From assembly GCF_963853765.1 (NCBI RefSeq), contig NC_088860.1, forward strand, positions 37,262,001 to 37,326,000: a stretch of DNA of 64,000 nt, written 5' to 3'. A program made the position numbers and the translations under genes. A model generated the notes under the pieces. That model was given only the letters and a program-made list of their open reading frames with translations. It ran no database searches and had not been told where the DNA came from. Within the stretch, counting starts at the first letter, position 1. Each line of letters opens with the position of its first letter. The DNA comes from Magallana gigas (taxonomy: Eukaryota). Shown one piece after another: positions 27,113 to 40,390 of this stretch.

Positions 27113-28952
27113 GACTTAACTTCACACTTTGCATATCTGATACATTGACTTTCAGGCTTGACGACGTAACACGTGGTTCCATACACCTCGACCTTGATAG
27201 GATAGGCAACCTCTGATGGACAGACATTTGTCAGCCCAACAGACTTGTAATAGCTAAAACATGATATCAAAAATGATCAATAATCCTGTTATATTAAAAT
27301 GTAATAAAAGAAAAACAACTACAACCCTAAAAAGCAACGTGATAGATAAAATGTTTTAGGGTACAAAAAAATTCATGATCATACTCTTGTTTTTTTAAAT
27401 ATATAGAGGCGGTATATTTCTATTCTATAGATCTTTCCTATTTTTTTATCGTAGGACACCTTAAATTAAATCTTAGAATTGAAATCATTTCTAAATAAGC
27501 GTTTCCCCAAAAAAGAATAAAATATGAGAACGCTGCCGTCTGTTCTTAAATTCAAAACATTTGATCTTAAACTCTCATACCTTTTGTCACAACGGATGTA
27601 TTTTTCTTTGATAACAGCCATTACACTTGGGTTCTTTCTTAAGAGGTATTCGATTTTAAGTCTAAAAAAATCATATTACATTGGCATTTCTCTCAGACGT
27701 AAAAAAAACGTTATGCTCTTAACTACATAAAAAGTCCAAAAATATGTCAACCCAGGTATGCACATTTTTGAACAGTTACTAAACAGCAACTTACTTAGTA
27801 CTGGCTGGTATGCAATCATCAGAGACAGGGAGAGTGGGGTTCTCCGGGCCGTCCTTCCAACATTCATTGTCTTTGTCAAAATCTCCGTAAATGCTTGTTT
27901 TGTCATAAAACTCCACAGCAAAGGTATCTGCTGCCTCTGTGGCCACCACAAATAAGAATGGCCCAACCAAGGCAAGGAATATGGTCTAAAGAAAAATAAT
28001 AAAAGAAAACCTTTATCTTTAAAACATTATCGCTCTTGTTTAGTTACTGCATTTAATTAATCATTTCACTATTTCAAAGTACCCATTTTGTAATCAGTGC
28101 ACATATGTATGCATGATTATTTTGGAAAATATAAGAATGAAAATTAGTAGAATAACAAGTCAAGATAGAATTGAAGCATTTTTGCATTCGGTTAATTCTT
28201 TTACAGGTAAGTTTGGAGGTAATTTAGTCATTTGAAGGAAAACTGTCTCATTTTTTAAATTAAAGATTTAAGAATGTTTTTTTCCTTTTTTGCGTTTCAC
28301 TTGTTACAAAATTGTTGCTTAGTTTATATTTAGCATAATTGTGATATAGGAAATATGTAAAAAACATTGTTTTGATGATCAAAATAATCATTTTATGTAC
28401 ATGTATGCATTAAACCTTGACTTGTTAGAAATTAAATGATTTTCCTTGAAAAATATATGTTTATACAAAATTTGTCCCTTCATTCTTTTAAATAAGAAGT
28501 AGACGATAATTTGGCATGTTTATTTATACCCTTGATGCTTACAAAAATTAATGCATTTAACGTGGAAAGAATAAATGTAGTTTTAACTCCAAGTCTGGTT
28601 ACATGTTGATATTTAAGTAGTCTAGCTTGCCTTCGATAAAATACGAATTGCGTTAAAATGTATTAAATCATTGCCCTTTCATTCAAATTCTGCACTGTCG
28701 TTAAGATATCATGCGATTTTCTTGACTTAATGTTGCAAAACTGAAACAAAACATATATGAATAACACCTTACCAGCTCTTTTTTGTACACGCATTACTCG
28801 GTACATGTATAACGATATTTGAAACTTTCTCATATTTTTGCTCTAAAGCTACGTAACGCACAAATTCATTATTTCAAGTTTACGTAACAATATTTTACCT
28901 TAAATGAGTAATTAAAATAAATCTTTAAAAATGATGAAAATTTTACCTGCAT
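27113..28952 (-). pseudogene. Gene B3: 3'-truncated paralog of B (exons 1-3 intact, exon 4 not found)
   Basis: Exons 28952-28947 (ATG CAG|GT), 27985-27795 (TIFLALVGPFLFVVATEAADTFAVEFYDKTSIYGDFDKDNECWKDGPENP...), 27253-27113 (YYKSVGLTNVCPSEVAYPIKVEVYGTTCYVVKPESQCIRYAKCEVKS|GTGAG). I found no exon-4-like sequence between 22865 and 27112. Confidence 0.72.
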
Positions 28953-29629
28953 GCTGTAAATCACTGTTGCAAGCTGAAGAATCAAGATGACTAAACACGC
29001 CGTACATCCCTCTTTTTTATATCCCCAATCCGTTACAAAATACGCTCATTATTATACAAGATCATTCGTCGATAAAGATATATGTGATATTATACCGATT
29101 CATTTATTAACTTGATCTTTCAAATTAATTTAGTTCATGGCACATATCTGTACGAACGGATTTTATATAACTTAGGATTAGATAATAGACCATAAGTTAA
29201 TCCATTGTTCATAGCAATATTATCTGCTCATTTTAAAAGAAAGGGGCGAAAATATACATGTATCTTCCCCTCAGCTATTGCGTCTATTTATTTTTGTCGA
29301 TCAGTTAAGTTTACAAAATGTCGGTTTGAATCCCCTCTTAATTATTTTTATTTTTTCTCATCCCAAAGTCTTTCATCCATAAAGCATTTTTTTAAGACTG
29401 TTAACCCACAACTTACAAAACAACAAAACAAGAGGAGATTTAAAGAAAATCAAACAGTATTTTATGAAAAACTATACATTGTTCTGCTTATAATATTGAT
29501 CTTTTTTAACTTAAGTTTTTGTTAAATCTTTGTAAACGGATCATTACGTTACAACAGCGTAAAAATTATTCCCTTAGAACCGCGTCTTTAAATCAAAGAA
29601 CATCATTAGAATCTTTTTTATTTGTAGAG

Positions 29630-29820
29630 GTCAATGTTCGTGGGTAGCCAAAATTGTCCTGGTACTTGGGGAAGTAATTACGTTGGTAATCAGGATAATT
29701 TGAATCAATATCAAAGATATACTTGTAAATAGGTTTGTGGGGATGTAAATTCGTTGGCATGAGTTTCCCACGAAATCCAAGATCATTGGTCACCCACGAA
29801 CAATGATGATTCAACAGTAT
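29630..29820. mobile_element. MITE of the TACTGTTGAATCAT/ATGATTC family (related copies ~3980-4140, ~14480-14695, ~60595-60780)
   Basis: Ends ...CACCCACGAACAATGATGATTCAACAGTA with internal CGTGGG/CCCACG inverted motifs; the other copies have similar GGAATCATT...AATGATTCC ends. Confidence 0.5.
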
Positions 29821-31286
29821 AAGTTATTTCTTACCTTTCAAATATATGTTCAGAAGTGAGTCTCAAATGTTATTTCTTTAAAAAGTAATGTTTATTCTAT
29901 GTTTATCTGTTTAAGAAAGTGAGAAAAAATTAAATCATTTTAAAAATACAAGATTTGTATAGATGAAAACATAACTTTAAAAAAAGTTGACAACAACTTG
30001 TAATAATGTAAAATATTGATATTTATTGAATATAAGCTCCTACTAATCATTAATACACATTGCTAAAAGGGACAAATTAAACGTCACAAAGCCTGAAAAT
30101 TTTATTTAAAAAATTATTTTCATCTTTGAAAAGAAATTGAGAGAAGAATTAAAGGAAAATACATCCTAATTTAATATAATTAGCATAATTTCTGCAAATT
30201 TTCAACAGCAAAAAGCCCTAAATACGATATGATATTTTAAAGGATAAATTGATTCACACTCATCTCAGTTAAGTTTTTCTTTTCAAGTGCTGTCTCTGTT
30301 GTTTCTAGTTTCCAAAAATCGTTCATACTTTATTCAAGAAAGTCATCAACAAATAATGTTTTAACAATTTGTCTCTTTATTTTTTTTTAAATCACAGCTA
30401 TTTCAAACAATAACTTTAAAGAAATTATACATTGATGACACCTCTCATTTATTTATTTCTAATACAGATGATTTCAAGTACGGATGACGTTGTTTTTAAA
30501 GTATATATTCAGTTAAACCTTAAAGTGTACCCAGTCATATTTTTTATTCATATTTTTATCAAATATTTTGGAATCATTAGAATTCAACGGTGCTCAATTT
30601 TAGTGATATTTGTGAGTTTGTGAGTTAAAAGAGTTAGTTTTCTAACTGAAACTGATGCATCCACGAAATTACATAAAAATGACAAACAGTAACAGATAAA
30701 GATGCAATCCTTTATTTCCTGTTCATGAAATCTATACTATCTGCGTATCTCCAGGGGAAGTTTTAAACGAATATTTATGATACTATGATAAAATGCAATT
30801 AGTAACAATCGTGTTAAAACACTGAGTAGAAAAAAGCCCCATTAAATATACTCAAGTTTGTCTTGGTATCTGAGTTGCATTATGTGTAATACATGATACT
30901 TATTACAGTTGTCTTGAATAAAAAATAAATGACTTTATGATATAAAACGCGTTACAAAAAATTTAATCGTAAATACTCCTTCATGTTTTAAAGTTTGGAA
31001 ACATACCAAAAAGCTATAAGATAAAGAATAATCGTCCTTTCTCCTTTATCTTAATCATTGATTTAAGATAAAATTATACAACATTAATCTAGAATTATAG
31101 TCTTAATGATTTTTTATAAACTGATAGGTGTTTTCATATCAAAAATTAATGTTCAATATTATACAACGTTGATTGACTTAAGATATGCAAAACATATTGT
31201 CATTTTTATAACTTATTTGCTATATATAAAGGAGTGTTTCAGTACAGCCATCATCTTTCTTCAACGGTTTAGCGTTGGTTAACATC

Positions 31287-32963
31287 ATGCAGGTAAGGTT
31301 TCTAGATGAAAAAGTGAATAAATAACTTATGTCTGAAGTGAATATGTTTTTAATAAAGATAAAGCTTCCAGTTAAGTAATTTAGGTGCAGCTGATCAATC
31401 AAACGACGAACAGTTTTTAACGAAAAATTATTAGAAATTTGAAAAATTGAGAATAGATTGCTTTTCTGTGATGAAATTTTTAAGATCGAGACATGTACAT
31501 TTTCTTAAAAACAAAGATAAGCCTCTGGTTTGTGGTTCGAAAGCATTAAGGTCCATGTAGGCTCAAAATACTTAACTGAGATACAAAATTAAAGTACACG
31601 AGTAATACCACTATTTATAAGAGAAGTTCTCGAAACAAGAGTTCTTTTTAATATTAAGTTGAAACGACATACGAACAATTTATCCCGGAATGATTTGACA
31701 TGCATAAAACGATTATTGTCTATTCATAATGTTAATTTAATCATCTTAAAGGTCATAACTGTGGTCATTGCGATTTCTCTCCTGTTCTGGAGTCACGTGG
31801 TGGGTGAGGATTCTCCTGTCGCTAAATAAGCCGAACGCCGTGATGCTGACTTGTATGCTGTTTCGCGTTATGACAAAACTAGCCTGTATGGAGAGTATGA
31901 CAAAGAGGGTGAATGCTGGACAGATGGACCTACTAATCCAGACCTACCAGTTGGAGACGAGTGTCAAAGCGCGGCCGTGAAGCAAGATTAGCCACCGCAA
32001 TAATGTACTGCTTATCTTCATCAAATATTCATTCAAGTTAACATGCAAACATTTTTTTTAATACTTTGCCATATGATGGAAAAAAATGCAGTTGCTTTTT
32101 AGTTTACACGTGCAAGATGGAACGTATATAATTAACAATTGATAACGAAAAATAATTTGTTGATAAAATTATTATTTCAGGCTGAAGATTGAGTATCGTT
32201 TGAGAAAGAATCCAGCTGTTAATGAGGAAATCAAAGAAAAATATCTTCACTGCGCAAACACGTAAATTAAATTCTATACAATATGTGATTAATTGATTAA
32301 TTGATTCAAAAACCATTTCAATCAAAACAAATAAATTGGACATTTGATATATTTCATGTATTTTAATTTTGTAAAAAAAATATGCAAAACTGGTTTTTAG
32401 CTACTACACTCCATATGGGCTGGATAATGTTTGTCCCAGCGAGGTCACCTTTCCTACGACAGTTGAAATATATGGCAAGACCTGTTACATCGTCAAGCCA
32501 GAAAAGCAATGTCTGACCTATGTGAAATGTGACGACGCACCGTAAGTATAAGATAAATAATACTTGCATTTGCTAAAACCGCTTAATCTTAAAAAATAAA
32601 TCTTTTGAATGACTATTTCAGATTTAAATTCAGAATAATTTTAAAAAAATACATGGAGAAACTAATAAAACAATGCTATACAGTCTATTATAACAAAAAA
32701 AGCATGTTCGAATTAAAACATCAATTACATATAGTTTAATTTCTTTAAAATTAACCAAACAAACATCCCTCTTGAATATATATTGTAAAATTATTTCTAG
32801 GGGCTGCTCTGGTTCAGATACAGAAGATAGCAAGTGTTTGATGTCTTACTTCCGTGACTTCAATGCATGGGTTTATTGCGAGAATTGTGGATTTACGATG
32901 GTCAAGCTAAGACTTCCACAATGCTGCACATGTAACAAGTATGAACAATGTACCCCCCTGTAA
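31287..32963 (+). pseudogene. Gene A3: paralog of A with premature stop
   Basis: Exons 31287-31292, 31752-31981, 32401-32541, 32801-32963. CAA>TAA at 31827-31829 (Gln in the pro-segment). Intron-2 donor is GC (GCAAG, 31982) rather than GT. Downstream frame is otherwise intact and ends ...PQCCTCNKYEQCTPL*. Confidence 0.85.
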
Positions 32964-35900
32964 AAAAAAAATCAATAGGATGATTATCACCGGATTGGTT
33001 TAAATAAATTGTATTCAGTCCATAACTGTCTGATGTGTTTTATATACTTGGATGAAAATTGATCCTTTTTACAGTATTTTTTAAGGTACATACTTAAAAA
33101 TTGATATTTATTGCATGATTTTATTAAAATCGGTATTATGACGAAAATCATGTTATGTGTTTCGCATGCAATCCTGAACTTACCTAATTCTTAAATATAT
33201 GGAATTTTATCATGCTTTCGATTCGAAAATAACAGTCAAAATGTTCAATTTTTGAAAACAGTCTGCTTCTAAAAATGTACTGCTATTTATAAAAACAAAA
33301 ACCCCTATTGTAATCAAAATTGGATTATATATAATCCAATTTTGACCTATATAGGTCGAAGCTGTATTATAGCGCTACAACGATAGAGATCCACTTCCAG
33401 CGATATCTAAATGGAATGTTTAATAAAATTCAAGATTATTACAGATTGGTTTGAAAAAAATAAACTCAATATCTTTGATTTATGGTATTTGCATTTTTTG
33501 ATTGAAGAAAGTCTAGATCTGCAGTGCACAATTCTTTCTACTTGCTGCCGCTGATTAAACTGTTTTTTTGTATTAAGTCGACGGAGCATTCATCATTATC
33601 AAAAAGTCCTTTTATGTAAAGACATTATTTCGTATACTGATGCTAAGCCAGTACACTGTATATAGAAGCACTAAAAATGGCTAACGATACGACTTCTTCA
33701 GGACATAAGAAATAAATGAAATGAAATAAAAACAAAGAAAACAAAATTTAGCCTTTAACCTAACACTACTAAAGGAACTTAAAAAACAATTTCAATGCTT
33801 CGGAAACTGTAAGCCAAGCGACCAATCGCTCTAGAGTAATTAATCGAACGTCGATTTCACACCTGATTGAGTTGATTAAGCTAATTTAAATTGACGTCCT
33901 TAATAATGATTGAAATATACAGCACCAATGTGAAGTCGAACGGAGGGCGCTTTGGTTAAAATCCGAAGTATTTAATTAATTCAAGCTAAGGAATGAAACG
34001 GAGTTTGAAATAAAAGAGGAAAACAAATTTAAAAATAGCATTAAAAATATCAAATAAATGATGAAAAAGCGTTAAGTAGACTAAAACGGAAACAGGAAAA
34101 GTCGACAGATTCGGTAAAATTACTATAAGGGTATCAGGTAATAAGTCTATCAGACATTCATTTTAATGAACTTGCTTGCTCATGTCAACAAGTCTGAATG
34201 TTTTGGGTCAGTGCATCTATAAATTATTCTTGATTTTCCCCTCCATACACATCCAATGGGAATTATTGTCAATAACCAATGCTGTCATGTCTTCCAATTT
34301 CTGAACACTGAAAATAAACTCTTCCCCGATTGGCTTCCTATTTTTTTGGTCTATGGTTGAACGGAGGGTTGAACGGAGGGCACCTGTTTCTGCAATTTAT
34401 TGCTTAGATCAAACCTTGAAACTAATAAAACTACTGGCGCACTGGAGCTGGCGTACTATATAACTTCAATTTCACTCCTCATTTCCTTATTTTCATATCA
34501 ATTTTTTACATACTACCAAAAAAGTGGGGGGGGGGGGGCAACTCCATGATTATTCCATTTTTTATATGTAAATTTTACAAAATTTGTTGCTGCGAGACAA
34601 AAGTGGGGGGGGGGGGGCAGGCCGCCCCTGCCCCCTCCCCCCCCCCCCCCCCGATGCTACGTGCCTGCATTTGGGAAGTCAGGAGCAATTCAAGAGATCG
34701 TACTACGGTACTTTAGTTTTATATTCATCACGCATATATAGTTAAAGTGTAAATATTATATCTGCTTACTTTCATCGATAATCCGTCACATATGTATGAT
34801 CGGTTGAAGATGACATGACAAAAATGCATTGCCAATAGCAGGGAAACATCATATTATTTAAATTTCATGTTTCCGTACAAAACCGCTGATAATCAATGTT
34901 ATACTTAGTTGAAAGCTTTAACCACAAAGAAAATATTGATATATTTTCTAAGCGTTTTGGTGACTTCATTCCTATCTTATCTCCCTTTTTAGAAGTGTTT
35001 ATTTAAATGGGGGTATAACTATTTTGTACCACGACATAATGTTATCACTCCGGAACAAAATGGCGTTTCAAACGGATGTCAGACATGTTGTGACGATGTG
35101 GCCTTCAACTTTAACTATTCATGTAATACATTTCTATTTTATAAAGTTATAGATAGCAATATCAATAGCAGCGGAAGGTTTGCAAGCCAAATGCAGGAAC
35201 GACAAATTCTGAGGAGCATGTTTTTCATTACAAAACGTGCATGTTTATTACAGTGGAGAACTTAAGTATTTATATTCGTATGGCTGCTGTTTCTAATTGT
35301 TATTGTAATAAAAAGTTAAATGCAATTTAACTACTTAAATTTTTTTTAAATAGTTTACTTTATTTGATGCATTCATCAAAAATATAATTTGTCTGATTCA
35401 AACATGATCATAAGCACTCCTTGCCTTACATGTGTATTCACATATTAAGCATGGACGTTTTATTTTTTATTCTTTCATTGTGATTTTTATTTAATAATTT
35501 TATTTTATGGTCTGTAGTTTTTTTTTCATTAAAACCATCCTAGGTGTTACTGTAGGTGAACGGCATTTAATGGTCAATATTTTTTTTACCTTATACAAGA
35601 TTAAATGTAGATTAGATGTTGCCTCCGTGTCAGAAAAAAACCCATCCAACTTTCGCTAAAATATATGCTTCATATTAAAAACACTGTTAAAAAAGACTGC
35701 ATGGCACATGTATCTTACGCTCTAGCCTGTTATTACGTATTGACCCTATACATGCATGGTATTTAACCTTATGGCGGTCTGGAAAGACCATTACTTTTTA
35801 AAAATTCAAAAATAATGTTACATCTTGATATAGATAAACCACTTTTAAATTCTATACTACTAGCTGTAGAAACAGTGTCAATTTTTTTCTCACCGGTAAT

Positions 35901-36082
35901 TATTATTTCATTGGTTCAACGTGTAAAAATTGTGCAACGGGGACCTTTTTCCTACAATAAATAAAGAGGGGTAAAATATCGGTAAAGTTATGAGGTCAAT
36001 TTATACTGTAAAACTTGTTGTTTCATAAAACTTGATAAGATTTACATGTAGTGCCGGGATTCAACTTGTATGAGGCCAAAAT

Positions 36083-36545
36083 AAATCAAATTTGGAAGAC
36101 AATTCTTTTTTGCATCACGTCGATATTCATTTCTCCGACGTTGACCAGACGGAATCCGCTTCCTCCGCTTTTCGTAGCCCTAGCCAACACCACACCCCTC
36201 GCCGTAAGGACAAGAAAGATTCAAGGGAAGACTAGATAACAAACTCAGAGAAAGGAACAGAATCTGTCGGATTTCAAAACACGACGGACCTCCGTCAGAA
36301 TTCCGTCTTCCACATATGCATCATGAAAAACATCGTTGAGAATTACAAAATCGAACATTTCCGTCCAGTCCTGAGGAAGCTGTTCTCCGCATACACAAGA
36401 AGTTGACATTGCTCAGCGCTGTCCAGGTCAATGTCATATACGGTGCTGTTAGGATAACGCTTGGATATCATTAGTGAGTATCTCCCGTATCCACAGCTAA
36501 GATCAAGCAGCTTGAAGTCGTAACTAAATTTGAGGTCAAACACAG
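36083..36545 (-). pseudogene. Class I SAM-dependent methyltransferase pseudogene (Rv2258c-like family)
   Basis: Minus-strand translation across frameshifts: FKLLDLSCGYGRYSLMISKRYPNSTVYDIDLD (motif I and post-I) / NVNFLCM / GEQLPQDWTEMFDFVILNDVFHDAYVEDGILTEVRRVLKSDRFC / LSSLPLNLSCPYGEGCGVG*GYEK...SGFRLVNV. Frameshifts, deletions and an in-frame TAG where Trp is expected. Confidence 0.72.
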
Positions 36546-37107
36546 GTAAAAGTAGTTCCAAGATAAAGGTCGTTGTGATAGGTAGTGACAAGTGGTACCC
36601 TACTTTTGTCTGTTTCTCTTTGTTAAGCAAAAGGGTTTTCCATCTTTTATTACAATTTCATTAATAATTATTGCAGATTGTTCTATGTTGGCTTAAAAGC
36701 CAGGATTACACATATGGGATTTTAATATATAGTTCTTTATTTCAACTATTTCAACAGAAGAGCAGATATGTCTGATTCGGGTTAATCGGATTAAGAATTT
36801 CTCAAAATGAAATGGGGGGAGGGGGGGGGGTGTCCTTATAGCTTAAAATATCAGGAATTACAGGGAATAGCCTATTAGAAGTGTACTCTTTAGATCCACC
36901 TCCACAGACTCTGCAAAAGAACATCATTCAATCCTGCGATCATATCAAACGCTGTATCGAAAGTTATGATTTCTATAAAAAATAATTTTAAATAAGTAAA
37001 TGAATTGATGCAAAGATATGGAAAATACTATATATCATCCACCAATCAACGCTTGACGTTGGAACAACTCTTCTATTTGAAATATGGTAAGGGAAATTGA
37101 GTCTGAT

Positions 37108-38297
37108 CAAGAGGTCCACGGACCACATCGCTCACCTGAGCAACAATGGGCATAATAAACTCAGCTTCAAGGAGTAATAATACAAAATATCTGGACAATG
37201 TGGTGTAATACATGTAGATCCTATACAAAAAAATCTGTTTCCACCTGGATATTTTAAAATTTATAATCAAGTTCCTTTTCTAACTGGATGATTTTATAGT
37301 CATTTCACATTCAGCATTGCAGTTCTCAAAAAGACCCTTAACAGTTGTTTATATACAGGATATAAACCTACATCAAACTCTGAACCCCTTGTGAGGCCCA
37401 ATAATCGTCCAGAGGCCAAAGTTTAAACAATTTTAAAGAATCAGCAATACATAAAAATGCTTGCACATAACTAAAAGCCATTTCATTTTTTGTGAATAAT
37501 TAAAATGTTTTCCTTTGTATAAGTGCATTCACTTAAGTTACAGCTTTTTTAGGAATTAAAGATATTTTTCTATATATTCTTATGTAAAAATTTGTCCCCT
37601 CCTTCTGATCCTATCCTACCCACGAGAGTCATGATTTGAATAAACTTGAAATTCCACTACCTGACGGTGCATCTATACAAGTTTCAGCTTTCCTGGCCTA
37701 ATGGTTTTGAGAAAAAGATTTTAAAAGATTTACTCTAAATATTCCTGTGTAAAAAGTCGATCACCCCATTGTGGCCCCACCAAAAAATAATGATTTCCAC
37801 AAACTTTACTTTATATATTCCTATGTAAAAATCAACCCCCCCCACCCCCCCCCCCCCACCCCGTTGTGGCTCCACCATAGTTTCAACTTTCCTTGCCAAA
37901 TGATTCTTGAAAAGAAGATTTTTTAAGATTAACTCAATATATTTCAATGTAAAAAGTCAATCCCCCATTGTGGCCCCACCCTAACCCAAGGGGCCACGAT
38001 TTTCACAACGTTAAATCTACACTACTCGAGGACGCTTCCACACAAGTTTCAGCTTTCCTGGTTGATTGATCTCTGAAAAGCAGAATAGCGTGGTCCTTAA
38101 TTTTCAGAACTTTGAATTCCCTTGGCCTAAGGATGCGTTGTGCCAAGTTTGGTTGAAAATAGCCCAGTTGTTCCGGAGAAGATGTTGAAAATGTGAAAAG
38201 TTTACCGACAGACGGACGGACAGACAACCATACAGACGGACGACATACAAAATGTGACCAGAATAGCTTACTTGAGCTTTCAGCTCAGGTGAGCAAA
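37108..38297 (-). mobile_element. Non-autonomous Helentron/Pearl-like element
   Basis: Subterminal inverted repeats GCTCACCTGAG / CTCAGGTGAGC, terminal hairpin AAGAGGTCCACGGACCAC, GACG/GACA microsatellite at 38205-38245, internal CCCCATTGTGGCCCCAC-containing ~160 bp repeats. Confidence 0.8.
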
Positions 38298-38669
38298 CAA
38301 AATTCATCATTCTTTTTACACGGTGTTCTTTTCACAATTTCGTCCTGCAACTGGTCGTTAAACTGTCTTACACCATCTTTTCAGACAACTTTAAGAAAAA
38401 GTCAATGAGCCACATTGCTCGTCTGTGCAACAAGAAACACAATAAAATCAGCGTTATTATCTCATATAAAAACGACCTCGACTATGTCGTAGAATATATC
38501 TTAAAATTAAAGATTTTCAAATATTTTCCAAATTTACTTTAACTTTAACAATATTTTTATGTATATATAAACCTATCTTAGACTTTAAACCTTTTGTGGG
38601 ACCCAAAAATTGACCAGGTGCCCACGATTTAACAATAAAGAATTTCAGATGTGTCAAAATGCTTGTACA

Positions 38670-40390
38670 AGTATACCAAGAGGCCCATAGAGCCAAATCG
38701 CTCATCTGAACAATAATGACTTTTTATGGGCGTTTAAAAGATAATGTGCAATATTGTTCCTCGGTAGAATAACAAATAAAAACTAGTGCAAAGCCTCGTT
38801 GCATAGCAACGAATGGGACTTCCGTTAAGGGTGTTTTTTACTCAGAGTTTGAGTTCTCTAATTCGGATTGTTATAAAGTTCGATGTCATGAGTAAAATTT
38901 GTTCTGAACATTAAAAGTATTTATGAAAGGAATTATTATTAATATAAAATTCGATATTTTTCTTCATTATGGAAATAGGCTTAAAAAAAAATAGACTTTT
39001 AACCAAACAGAGAAAATTTGGACTGAATTTTTCAGATTTTGTTTTTCCGCTTAAACATTTTTAGCACTACTCTACTATTAAAAGTTAAAATTTAATGTTT
39101 TAGTCTGTATAATTTTGCATATTTTCTGTTTGTTTTACCTTACTTATTCATTAAATCAATCGAATGACACGAATTGTAAAAATATTGAAAAATGTTTCAA
39201 AACTATAAAAGGCACTATATCTTAAAATTTTGATCATTCACCTCATATCAATTTTATGCATACAGAATTAGGTTAATATAAGTAGTTTGATACTATAAAC
39301 ATTTTTCTATTATCATCACTCATGTTTAAAAAATTGGATCAAAAGTTGGTAGGAATTTAAAAATATAATAGGGGAAATTTGGACTGGAATATTTTTTAAA
39401 ATGTTGCTAAAATATTATTGCTTTGTACCTATTTAGTGCCACTATCATTCATAAACTGTACCTTTTTTTTGAAGTGTGTAATTATTTGTAATATTTTGAC
39501 ATATTAAAACAATCTCAATCGTAGTGTAAAATTTTACGGAATTTTTTTTGTTTGATTTTTCAAAAAATATTCAATGGCCATTAACTCAAAATGTAGGTCA
39601 TTGACCTTCTTTTTTGAAAGTGAAAAATAACACTACAATCATAGGTCTATAACATACAATAGATGGTTTTTCATTATCATCAGTTTTGTTTTCATTCTGA
39701 GTAAACATCATCCTTAATATCATAAGTAAAGTTGGAATTTACTGGAAGAAGAGTTCTTAAATTAAAAACAATAGTGACTAAAAGTGAAAGAGATGCAAAA
39801 AACCGAACAATTCTTGGTACAAAATCCGAAAGATATTAAGTACAAATAAACAAAAACCTTAACAATTTCAAGGACAACATAGCATAAAAAAAATTCGAAT
39901 TTGTTCAAGTACGACTTAGGAATTATCGAATTAGTTTAGGTACACGTTTACTCAAATCTGAACTAACAACTATTTTGTTAACCAAGAATGCGGAATCAAA
40001 AGTTCCGTAAAAATCAATTTTTTTTCACGCTAATATCCATGCAATCAATCGTCGGCCGATTTTTAAACAGGATATCAATCTAAAATTCAGCTTAATAAGC
40101 TCTTATTGCGTTTATGGTTTAAAACAAACTATTGCTCCTAAAAGAGTTATCATGAAGAGCTTTTAAAGCCCTCCTAGCCCAAAATTTGAGGGGCCAGCCC
40201 CCTATTCCTGATATCAAATAAAAAGTCTCGTAAATATAAACATATTTTGTTCAACAAGTGTTCAAGATTAGTTGATCCCTCTAGATATAATTGAACAACT
40301 GTGTTTTAGGAGCCGACCTTTAAACTTCTTAACAGGGCCACCAACAGAAAACTTTTGGGCTGACCTTCTATACTGAGTGCTTGTTGCACC
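38670..40390. mobile_element. Stacked fragments of further Helentron-like or other non-autonomous elements
   Basis: AAGAGGCCCATAGAGCCAAATCGCTCATCTGAA end motif at ~38678; hairpin CGTTGCATAGCAACG at ~38797. Boundaries uncertain. Confidence 0.35.
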
